Shown here piece by piece: positions 24,928 to 32,382 of a DNA stretch of 64,000 bases. The stretch's first letter is position 1. Each line of letters starts with the position of its first letter. Below the pieces are notes generated by a model. It searched no databases. It was not told the origin of the DNA and saw nothing but the letters and a program-made list of their open reading frames with translations. The stretch covers positions 1,560-65,559 of the forward strand of contig JABISL010000034.1 in NCBI GenBank assembly GCA_018700055.1, read 5' to 3'. A program made the translations under genes and the position numbers. The DNA comes from a bacterium (GTDB taxonomy: Bacteria; Margulisbacteria; Marinamargulisbacteria; UBA817; JABISL01).

Positions 24928-25568
24928 GGAAATTTCATCGTGTAGCCAGTATGGTGTCATTGTTGGGCTTGTTATTGTTGGCTTTAACAGGGTTATATTT
25001 GAATCATTCTGACTCGTTTCAACGATTGGATATAAGAGATCCGTTTGCGCGAGGGATTAGTGTTATGGCACAAGACCCTAATGAGGCCAATAGAGTCTGG
25101 ATTGGGACTAAGCATGGGCTGTTTCTTAGTCAAGATGGGGGGGTAAATGCGCAAGAAGTCCGGCTACCCTTTCCCGCTAAAAAAGTAAGATATTTACAAG
25201 TCGCATCTGACGGTAGTGTTTATGCGGGCTTGGCTGATGGGGTTCTTTTTCGACTGGATGTGAATGGGCCTTTCTGGGAACGCCTTATCTTGCCCTCTAA
25301 TACCTATGAGCTTAAGGGAATGATTGTGTTTGGCGAGAGTATTATGATAGTGAATCGTCAGGGCCTTTTTCAGCGGCGCATGGGGCAGTCTGAGTGGGCA
25401 TTGTTGCAGAAGGACGTCTACCCTAGGCCTGTCCGTGATTGGGTAAAAGATATTCATACAGGACACATATTTCGTGGGCCATTGTTGGTTTGGTTGTATG
25501 ACATATCTGCTGTGATTCTTTTGGGGTTAATTGTAACTGGAATCGCGATGTTCTTTCGCAAACGTTAA
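24924..25568 (+). CDS. PepSY-associated-TM-like membrane protein (two TM helices flanking a periplasmic repeat domain)
   Basis: 214 aa. It has an N-terminal TM (MVSLLGLLLLALTGLYLNH) and a C-terminal TM preceded by HTGHIFRGPLLVW, which is a PepSY_TM-like His/Gly signature. The start overlaps the FMN-bind gene stop (ATGA). Confidence 0.4.
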   Translation: MRKFHRVASMVSLLGLLLLALTGLYLNHSDSFQRLDIRDPFARGISVMAQDPNEANRVWIGTKHGLFLSQDGGVNAQEVRLPFPAKKVRYLQVASDGSVYAGLADGVLFRLDVNGPFWERLILPSNTYELKGMIVFGESIMIVNRQGLFQRRMGQSEWALLQKDVYPRPVRDWVKDIHTGHIFRGPLLVWLYDISAVILLGLIVTGIAMFFRKR

Positions 25569-25617
25569 GCTTAGCGTTTATACCGTACTTAGAGCGCTTG
25601 TTGGGCTCCAAATCTAA

Positions 25618-26562
25618 TTAAGAGAGGAACTCTTCGTCCTTAAACCGGTCAATAGGCTGGCTTCGAATGACGGGTTTGCTTTTTTTGGAAGGAACGCCCA
25701 ATTGTGTGGCTTCTAAAAGGTACAGCGTGCGTGCGCCGATTAAGATGACCATAAAGGCTTGAAATATCCAGGCAAAGAAGGCAAATACACCACCAAAAGC
25801 CCCATAGAATGGATTGATTTGAGCGATGTACCCAATGGCAGTTGCGAAAATGTATTTGAGGCAGGTAAAAATAAACCCAATGATGGTGGTCATTACAATA
25901 CTGTTTAGCCATGATCGGTTCGTATCTGGGCGCATGAAGTGATACATGAGGAATATGAGTAACCAAAAAGAAAAGAAGGTTAGGGTGTTAGTAATTAGGA
26001 TGAAAAAATTGGTTTGGAAAAACTCGGGAACCATTTTTTGGAAGGTTTCAATATGGATTAACCATTCCATTGCTTGTGTAATTAGGTGTCCTCCGAAGTA
26101 GAGAGTGAATAGGCCTAATATAAAAATAGGGATAGATACAATTTGAATGACAATTTCTTTTTTGGTTGTAATATGTGGGTCGCAAAAAATGCCATGTAAT
26201 GTGTGATGAAGTGCTAAGAAGAGGCTGGAAGCAAAGTAATAAGCAGTAAAGAATGATAGGAGACCGTAAACCTTTCGTCCGGGAACGATAAGTGTCATGA
26301 CGGTTTCGATAAAGGCCTCCATGTTCACGGGAATACGTGGAAGAACTTGGTATAGGGTTGCTGCAAGGTCTTTTCCTTCAAAAGGGAAGATAGACATAAT
26401 ACTGGCACAAACGATTATCAGGGGAATGATAGAAACGATTGTGTAATACGAGAGTGCTGCAGCTCTATAGCGATAGCGGTGAGCGATGATATCGGGAAAG
26501 GCTGTTTGAATACAAATTAGTAGTCGTTTGAGATATAGCGTTACAGAATCCATCACAGGCAT
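25618..26562 (-). CDS. YihY/BrkB-family (ribonuclease BN-like) inner membrane protein
   Basis: 314 aa, polytopic. It has the YRAAALSYYTIVSIIPL N-terminal motif typical of YihY. Confidence 0.55.
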   Translation of the reverse strand: MPVMDSVTLYLKRLLICIQTAFPDIIAHRYRYRAAALSYYTIVSIIPLIIVCASIMSIFPFEGKDLAATLYQVLPRIPVNMEAFIETVMTLIVPGRKVYGLLSFFTAYYFASSLFLALHHTLHGIFCDPHITTKKEIVIQIVSIPIFILGLFTLYFGGHLITQAMEWLIHIETFQKMVPEFFQTNFFILITNTLTFFSFWLLIFLMYHFMRPDTNRSWLNSIVMTTIIGFIFTCLKYIFATAIGYIAQINPFYGAFGGVFAFFAWIFQAFMVILIGARTLYLLEATQLGVPSKKSKPVIRSQPIDRFKDEEFLS

Positions 26563-26723
26563 TTTAGCTTAAAACGATGGCTTTGGCAGCTAAGAAATTA
26601 TTCTCAAAAGGTCGTTTTTGTAAAATAGATGAATACACACACGAAAATAGATAAAAAATGCACCATTGCCAAAGGGATAGTCCCTTGGCGTTGGTGGCAT
26701 TTTTTTGACTGTAATAGTGGATT

Positions 26724-27356
26724 TTAGTTGGATATGTTGTTGAATCCAAAAGTAGGTGGCTGCATTTCACATTGCCCCCCACTGCCATCTATTTTTCCTG
26801 TACCATCAGTTACGAACTGACCTATAGTAGCTCCGGATACAACTAGATTAGAACTTAATTGGAATCCCTTGGTGGCATCAGATGAGGTAGTTGGTGCTTT
26901 CCATGGGGTTACACCATCGCCTCCACCTGTAGATGTAGATGCGGTGGATAGGTGAAGCCAAACCTTATTTTCAGTTCCGTCACAGGTTGTAGTGGAGCCA
27001 TCGATCGGGTTGATAACATCCTCTGATCCATTGTTGCCACATACATCAGACGTTTCATCTTCATCGGCAGTACAGGTTCCAGTAGTAGAAGTAGATGCGT
27101 ATTTAATGTTGTCACTCATTTCTATGATAACACAGTTATATGTTCCATCAGCGAGTTCCCCTGACCCAAAATCAGGGCTGTCGAGTACATTTTTGTATTC
27201 TGGATCGGTATTGTTTACAACAACGACCGGGTCAGTACAAAATGCGCTTTCAGAAACCGCAAATCGATAAACCTTAACTTTTAAAAATGCTGGATCTGCG
27301 CCGTTGACGAGCGTAGTAAATAGGATTGCTGTAATTAGTAATCCCCATATTTTCAT
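26724..27356 (-). CDS. secreted Cys-containing, T/S/G/D-rich hypothetical protein
   Basis: It has a signal peptide (MKIWGLLITAILFTTLVNGA) and six or more Cys in the mature part. I recognise no motifs. The start was chosen at the internal Met of track ORF 26724..27374. Confidence 0.3.
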   Translation of the reverse strand: MKIWGLLITAILFTTLVNGADPAFLKVKVYRFAVSESAFCTDPVVVVNNTDPEYKNVLDSPDFGSGELADGTYNCVIIEMSDNIKYASTSTTGTCTADEDETSDVCGNNGSEDVINPIDGSTTTCDGTENKVWLHLSTASTSTGGGDGVTPWKAPTTSSDATKGFQLSSNLVVSGATIGQFVTDGTGKIDGSGGQCEMQPPTFGFNNISN

Positions 27357-27403
27357 TTGTTGAACCCCTTTCAATTAAGACAATTGTTATGACTTGGCCT
27401 GAT

Positions 27404-27532
27404 TTAACTTCCGGCCCCTTTTAGTGTAAACGTGTTTGTGCTTTCTGGTGCTTGCGCACAAGATAGAACAGAAACAGTGACACCAACCCCAATGATGACC
27501 GCTAGCATTGTTAATACAGCTTGTTTGAACAT
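27404..27532 (-). CDS. unannotated 42-aa small ORF with a signal peptide / lipoprotein-like leader plus a 15-aa mature peptide
   Basis: My own translation: MFKQAVLTMLAVIIGVGVTVSVLSCAQAPESTNTFTLKGAGS. It has a hydrophobic leader ending VLSC (lipobox-like). It is below the ORF-track length cutoff. Confidence 0.3.
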   Translation of the reverse strand: MFKQAVLTMLAVIIGVGVTVSVLSCAQAPESTNTFTLKGAGS

Positions 27533-27602
27533 AAATAAAACCCCATCCTTTCCCCAAAGTGGATTGCTAGATTTACTCTACCATTAATTTATCGAATCTC
27601 AT

Positions 27603-27640
27603 CGTTATTTACTCTTTTTCTGTCCTCGACCTTCGATAAA
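27603..27640 (+). repeat. Partial member (copy D) of the GTCCTCGA / CCTTCGATAA intergenic motif family
   Basis: ttctGTCCTCGACCTTCGATAAatgaaagggcagg. It shares GTCCTCGA with copies A and C, and CCT(C)CGATAA with the two SD-hairpins at 5728 and 6376. Confidence 0.3.
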
Positions 27641-27657
27641 TGAAAGGGCAGGTCTAA

Positions 27658-27918
27658 TTAAATATTGTTACCAATTTCATCCATAGCGTGGCCTACCAAC
27701 CAGTTACAGAGGTTGTCGATACGTAGCGTTTCTTCAGAAGAGAGTGTGTCTGGAGAGTGCCATTTACAGTCCAGGATGGTGTGGGTATTAGGAGATTCTT
27801 TAATATGAAGCGCGATTGTTGAGTTGGGCATTTCAACTACACTGGTGGCATGGTAGTTTTCTGGTGTTGAAAGTTGGTTTTGAACAATTAATAATGGATT
27901 GATGTTGGGTTGTGACAT
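27658..27918 (-). CDS. small hypothetical protein encoded immediately downstream of cysteine desulfurase
   Basis: 86 aa. It is conserved-looking but I do not recognise it; it has two Cys (ILDCKWHS, NLCNW). Confidence 0.3.
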   Translation of the reverse strand: MSQPNINPLLIVQNQLSTPENYHATSVVEMPNSTIALHIKESPNTHTILDCKWHSPDTLSSEETLRIDNLCNWLVGHAMDEIGNNI

Positions 27919-27933
27919 AAATGGGCTCCAGGG

Positions 27934-29094
27934 TTAGGCTTTTTTCGATGTAATTGATAATCGTGGTAAGAGTTGAGAGAGAGAGTTGATAAGTTGATCA
28001 ATGGATGAATTCGTAGTGGCATGTCCCCAGCTGAGTCTGACGGCGCTGAGGGCTTCTTTTGTAGAAAGGCCCATTTCTAATAGTACATGTGATGGTTCTA
28101 CAGACCCTGTTGAGCATGCGGACCCAGTAGATACACAAATACCTTCTAGATCGAGACTCATCATAATGGCACTACCGCTAATGTTGTCGAACGATACCAA
28201 TAACGTGTTGGGCAGGCTTTCTTTAGGTGAATATATCTGAACCGGGGTTGATAGAGACTTTATTTTTTTGATTAAGTGTTCTTTAATTTTGGCCATATGA
28301 GCAATTTCTTTTTCTTGATTTTGTTTCCACCAGTTAATCGCGCTAGAAAATCCTATAATTCCCAGGGTGTTTTGTGTTCCTGCACGTAAACTTCGTTCAT
28401 GGCTCCCGCCTCTGAGTAAGGGTGTTAGCCAAGTTTCATCTGCGCAATATAGACAGCCAATGCCTTTTGGCCCATATAACTTGTGGGCGCTGAGAGATAG
28501 CGTGTCTAGTCCAATGTCGCTTACGTTTAAAGGGACTTTTCCGACATATTGAACGGCATCGCTATGAAAACGGACGCCATTGAATTTGGCGAGATCTGAT
28601 AGTTGAGAGAGGGGTTGGATCGTTCCAGTTTCATTATTGGCGGCCATGATACTGACTAGGGAAGTACTTGTTGTTATGGCTTTTGAATAGGCTTCCATAT
28701 TAATGCGGCCATTTTCATCTACTGGTAGATATGTCACTTGAACCCCTTCTTTTTCTAATTGGTTGCAAGTGCTGATGATACTCGTGTGTTCAATAGACGA
28801 GGTGATGATGTGAGGTGATTTTTCTTCCAAGAGTGCTTGTGAGACTGCGGATTTAAGTACCCAATTGTTGCTCTCTGTGGCGGATCCCGTAAAGAACAAG
28901 TGCTCTGGAGATTTCGCTCCGATGAACTGTGCTATGGATTCTCGCGCGGATTCAATGTCTTCTTGAGCGCTTTGCCCTAAGTGATGCAAGCTAGATGGGT
29001 TTCCAAAATGGGATAATCCTTTTTTTATAGCAGACTCTACCGTTGGGTGGAGCGGTGTTGTGGCATTATAGTCCAGATAAATAGTGCTAGACAT
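27934..29094 (-). CDS. cysteine desulfurase (class V aminotransferase, NifS/IscS-like)
   Basis: 386 aa. It has the PLP-lysine motif SAHKLYGPKGIG and the active-site Cys loop STGSACS. Confidence 0.85.
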   Translation of the reverse strand: MSSTIYLDYNATTPLHPTVESAIKKGLSHFGNPSSLHHLGQSAQEDIESARESIAQFIGAKSPEHLFFTGSATESNNWVLKSAVSQALLEEKSPHIITSSIEHTSIISTCNQLEKEGVQVTYLPVDENGRINMEAYSKAITTSTSLVSIMAANNETGTIQPLSQLSDLAKFNGVRFHSDAVQYVGKVPLNVSDIGLDTLSLSAHKLYGPKGIGCLYCADETWLTPLLRGGSHERSLRAGTQNTLGIIGFSSAINWWKQNQEKEIAHMAKIKEHLIKKIKSLSTPVQIYSPKESLPNTLLVSFDNISGSAIMMSLDLEGICVSTGSACSTGSVEPSHVLLEMGLSTKEALSAVRLSWGHATTNSSIDQLINSLSQLLPRLSITSKKA

Positions 29095-30025
29095 AGCGCT
29101 GTAATGTTGTGCAAAAGAGGGTGTAGAGTGAAAGCTGAGTGGCCAAAAAGTTGTCTCGGGTATTGGTTATGTTTTCTACAGTTTCAGTGAAATAACTTGT
29201 GTTTGTAAGTAATATCTTTAAAAAGGAAAGTGTTTCTTGTTGAATCTTTGCTCTTACTTCTTTGGCGTCTGAATAAAAAAATAAGTTAAAGTGCATTTTT
29301 ATTTTGTCGATTAAGAATCGAATATCCTGGCTTGGAATTTGAAAAAACCCTTTGAGATTTACCATTTGCCCCTTGCTAGTTTTTAGTTCCATGTTCGCAG
29401 GGAAGAATTGTTGGATATGGAGATAAAGAGCGTTTAATTGTTCGCTTGGTAAGCTAGATAAGATGATAAAAAATAAATCTAAATCCTTGTTTTCACCGAT
29501 TGAACTAATCATTTGAACGGGGTTTTGGGTAAGAATATTAATCCGATTAATACTAGCTTCGAGATCATTGCTATATTTTTGAAATAGATGGACGAGAGAG
29601 GCGATGAAATCTCGGTTTAACTGGGCATTCTGTTTGGTTTTTGAGAAGACCTTATTAAAAAAATAGGATTGGAATTGTTTGTATGATTGGTCAATCTTTC
29701 CAAACGTAAATGACGAACTCATTTTGTTTTTCCACTGTATGGTAACCGTTTTACCTTTAGTGCTAATCCATTTGATATGGGTGTTCTCTAGGCCATCTAA
29801 TAGACTAAGTGCAGTCAAAAGCATTAGTTGTATAAACGTGACAGATTCAGGAGAGGACACAAATGAGGGCAGTTCAATTAGGTCTTTTTCTGTATTTAGA
29901 AAAGCTAAAAACTGAACTTGGAGCGGATTGTTTTTTTTAAATAATGGCTGAGCGTCACCCAGATGGGTGACGATGCTTTGAAGAATTGAAACAGACGCCG
30001 GCAGTGAAGTTGCTGAGCCGGACAC
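29087..30025 (-). CDS. hypothetical protein co-transcribed with cysteine desulfurase (overlapping by 8 nt)
   Basis: 312-aa ORF. I recognise no motifs. Confidence 0.35.
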   Translation of the reverse strand: MSGSATSLPASVSILQSIVTHLGDAQPLFKKNNPLQVQFLAFLNTEKDLIELPSFVSSPESVTFIQLMLLTALSLLDGLENTHIKWISTKGKTVTIQWKNKMSSSFTFGKIDQSYKQFQSYFFNKVFSKTKQNAQLNRDFIASLVHLFQKYSNDLEASINRINILTQNPVQMISSIGENKDLDLFFIILSSLPSEQLNALYLHIQQFFPANMELKTSKGQMVNLKGFFQIPSQDIRFLIDKIKMHFNLFFYSDAKEVRAKIQQETLSFLKILLTNTSYFTETVENITNTRDNFLATQLSLYTLFCTTLQRYV

Positions 30026-30028
30026 TAG

Positions 30029-30466
30029 TTATGATTTAGCGGCTGCCGGTGCTTTTTTAGCGGCTGCTTTTTTTGGAGCTGCTTTTTTAGCCGTTGTAGC
30101 TGCTGGCTTTTTTGGAGCTGCTTTTTTAGTTGTTGTAGCCGGTGCTTTTTTAGCGGCTGCTTTTTTCGGAGCTGCTTTTTTAGTCGCTGTAACTGGCGCT
30201 GGTGTAGTAGCTCCTTTGTTATTTGCAAGAGCAAGCTTAGATTTGGTTCTAGCTGCAGTATTTTTGTTCAAAATTCCTTTGCTAACACTTTTATCAATAA
30301 TGCTAAGCGTGTTTCTCACGATAGTTAGTTGATTGGCGTCTTTTGATTCAATCGCTGCGTATGCTGCCTTGATTGCAGATTTCATTTGAGTTTTGTTTGA
30401 AAGGTTGCGTGATCTGTTTCGCGCGTTCCGTTTAATGTCTTTTTTTGCTGCTTTAATATTTGCCAT
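30029..30466 (-). CDS. rpsT: 30S ribosomal protein S20 with a C-terminal histone-H1-like KAAP-repeat extension
   Basis: The N-terminal roughly 85 aa read MANIKAAKKDIKRNARNRSRNLSNKTQMKSAIKAA.. (S20). The C-terminal roughly 60 aa read TTPAPVTATKKAAPKKAAAKKAPATTTKKAAPKKPAATTAKKAAPKKAAAKKAPAAAKS, encoded by tandem DNA repeats at 30040-30200. Confidence 0.8.
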   Translation of the reverse strand: MANIKAAKKDIKRNARNRSRNLSNKTQMKSAIKAAYAAIESKDANQLTIVRNTLSIIDKSVSKGILNKNTAARTKSKLALANNKGATTPAPVTATKKAAPKKAAAKKAPATTTKKAAPKKPAATTAKKAAPKKAAAKKAPAAAKS

Positions 30467-30486
30467 GCTTCTTCTCCACTAGTACT

Positions 30487-30516
30487 TTGACATGATATGA
30501 TGTCATTTCATATTAT
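30487..30516 (+). promoter_or_regulatory. candidate sigma-70 promoter for accD (TTGACA - 18 nt - TATTAT) with an embedded palindrome TGACAT-gatatg-ATGTCA
   Basis: tTTGACAtgatatgatgtcatttcaTATTATttg, about 37 nt upstream of the accD ATG at 30553. Confidence 0.35.
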
Positions 30517-30552
30517 TTGTTGAGCTCAAATGGTAGCTCAGATAGAGGTTAT

Positions 30553-31416
30553 ATGTCAATAATCGACTGGTTCAATCAACGTGAAAAAATAGAAGATCGC
30601 TCAAAAAAGCTGGATATCCCAGGTGATTTGTGGGTGAAGTGTTATAAATGTAGTGACATTCTTTATCTAAAGGATTTGGAATCTAGCAAAAAAGTTTGTC
30701 CTTCTTGCAAGTATCATTTTCGGATAACGCCGGAAGAAAGACTACAGTATCTTTTTGATTCCAATTCCTTTGAAGAGGCGGAAGACTCCATTCGTGCTGT
30801 GGATTTTCTTAAATTTCGGGATACTGAAGAATATAAAGATCGACTAGAAAAGGCACGAAAAAAGACAAAGCATGCAGATGCGATTATCATTGGTGTCGCT
30901 AAAATTAAAAAACGAACTGTAAATGTAGGTATTATGGATTTTTCTTTTATGGGTGGCAGTATGGGATCGGTTGTTGGGGAAAAAATTACTAGGCTGATTG
31001 AGTTAGCCTTGGAAAACCATCATCCGTTGGTTATGTTTACGTCTTCAGGTGGTGCTCGGATGCAAGAAGGGATTATGTCCTTAATGCAAATGGCGAAAAC
31101 AAGTGCGGCATTACAGCTTTTAGCCAAAAAGAAGATTCCATATATTTCAGTTCTATGTGACCCAACAATGGGTGGGACCTCGGCCAGTTTTGCGATGTTA
31201 GGCGATATTAATATTGGAGAGCCTGGCGCATTAATTGGATTTGCAGGGCCTCGCGTTATTGAGCAGACTGTTCGTGAAAAGCTGCCAAAAGGATTTCAGA
31301 GAGCAGAGTTTTTGTTGAAACACGGAATGTTAGATATGGTAGTAGAGCGACAATCCATGCGGGACACTCTGGCTCATTTAGTAAATGTGCTCGACCCCCA
31401 CAGAAAGCCGGTATAA
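30553..31416 (+). CDS. accD: acetyl-CoA carboxylase carboxyltransferase beta subunit
   Basis: It has the Zn-ribbon CxxC...CxxC (CYKCSDILY...CPSCKYH) and a carboxyltransferase domain. The start was set to ATG 30553 (MSIIDWFNQ; the GAGG RBS is upstream) rather than the track's TTG 30517. Confidence 0.9.
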   Translation: MSIIDWFNQREKIEDRSKKLDIPGDLWVKCYKCSDILYLKDLESSKKVCPSCKYHFRITPEERLQYLFDSNSFEEAEDSIRAVDFLKFRDTEEYKDRLEKARKKTKHADAIIIGVAKIKKRTVNVGIMDFSFMGGSMGSVVGEKITRLIELALENHHPLVMFTSSGGARMQEGIMSLMQMAKTSAALQLLAKKKIPYISVLCDPTMGGTSASFAMLGDINIGEPGALIGFAGPRVIEQTVREKLPKGFQRAEFLLKHGMLDMVVERQSMRDTLAHLVNVLDPHRKPV

Positions 31417-31419
31417 ATT

Positions 31420-32382
31420 ATGAAACCATTAGATTTTGAAAAACCATTAGATGAGTTATACGCCAAGATTGATGAGCTACGACGTTTGTCCGCAGAGGGG
31501 CAAGTGGATTTAAGTGATGAGATAGCTAGTATCGAAAAACGTGCCGAAAAATTGCGTAATGAAGTGTTTAGTAACCTAACGCCTCATCAAATTCTTCAAA
31601 TAGCACGACATCCGAATCGACCAGACACCTTTGGATTATCAATGTTGGTGTTTGATGATTTTGTTGAGCTTCATGGTGATAGACAGTTTCGTGATGATCC
31701 ATCTATTGTTGGTGGTATCGCTCAGTTAGGGACGCATCGCGTCATGGTGATTGGTCATCAAAAAGGGCATGATACGAAGGAAAAAATCTATCGTAACTTT
31801 GGAATGCCTCATCCTGAAGGGTATCGAAAAGCATTGCGATTAATGCATATGGCTGAAAAGTTTAATATGCCAATCGTTACATTTATTGATACCCCGGGTG
31901 CGTACCCTGGAAAAGAAGCTGAGGAACGTGGGCAGTCCGAAGCGATTGCGCGTAATTTGAGAGAAATGTCTGGCCTATCGGTTCCTGTAATTACGTTTGT
32001 TATAGGTGAAGGTGGGTCTGGTGGCGCTTTGGGAATTGCGGTGTCGAATCGGATATATATGCTGGAATATGCGGTTTATTCGGTGATTTCTCCTGAGGGA
32101 TGTGCATCGATTTTATTTAGAGATGCGGATCAAGCAAACTATGCTGCTGAAAAACTTAAAATTACAGCGGGAGATATATCGAATCTTGGTATTGGCGATG
32201 GCGTTTTGAAAGAACCCTTGGGTGGCGCACATAATGATTGGCCACATGTGTCTGAAACGATTCGGTCTAAAATCAATGAAGACCTTAAACGGTATGAGAC
32301 GATGTCGCCGGAAGAAGTGTTTCAAGAACGTTACGATAAATTCCGATCATTCGGGAAGTTTGAGGATCCCGTCAAAGCGTGA
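31420..32382 (+). CDS. accA: acetyl-CoA carboxylase carboxyltransferase alpha subunit
   Basis: 320 aa. It has the characteristic LDFEKPL..L...I..L N-terminus and the TFIDTPGAYPG motif. Confidence 0.9.
   Translation: MKPLDFEKPLDELYAKIDELRRLSAEGQVDLSDEIASIEKRAEKLRNEVFSNLTPHQILQIARHPNRPDTFGLSMLVFDDFVELHGDRQFRDDPSIVGGIAQLGTHRVMVIGHQKGHDTKEKIYRNFGMPHPEGYRKALRLMHMAEKFNMPIVTFIDTPGAYPGKEAEERGQSEAIARNLREMSGLSVPVITFVIGEGGSGGALGIAVSNRIYMLEYAVYSVISPEGCASILFRDADQANYAAEKLKITAGDISNLGIGDGVLKEPLGGAHNDWPHVSETIRSKINEDLKRYETMSPEEVFQERYDKFRSFGKFEDPVKA

Noticed and set aside
26564-26788. 74-aa minus-strand ORF overlapping the start region of the Cys-rich secreted protein gene
   Set aside because: It has no signal or motifs, and it overlaps the neighbouring ORF. 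It is likely spurious, although the 26563-26723 gap has no other feature.
30040-30200. Tandem 45-48-nt DNA repeats that could look like a CRISPR or VNTR array
   Set aside because: They are in-frame coding repeats of the rpsT C-terminal tail. The spacers are not unique and no cas genes are present. It is not CRISPR.
30025-30234. 69-aa ORF (MLLQITKELLHQRQLQRLKKQL...) on the minus strand
   Set aside because: It is an alternative-frame reading of the repetitive DNA encoding the S20 KAAP tail. Its repetitive Q/L/K composition is an artefact of the tandem repeats, and it lies fully inside rpsT.
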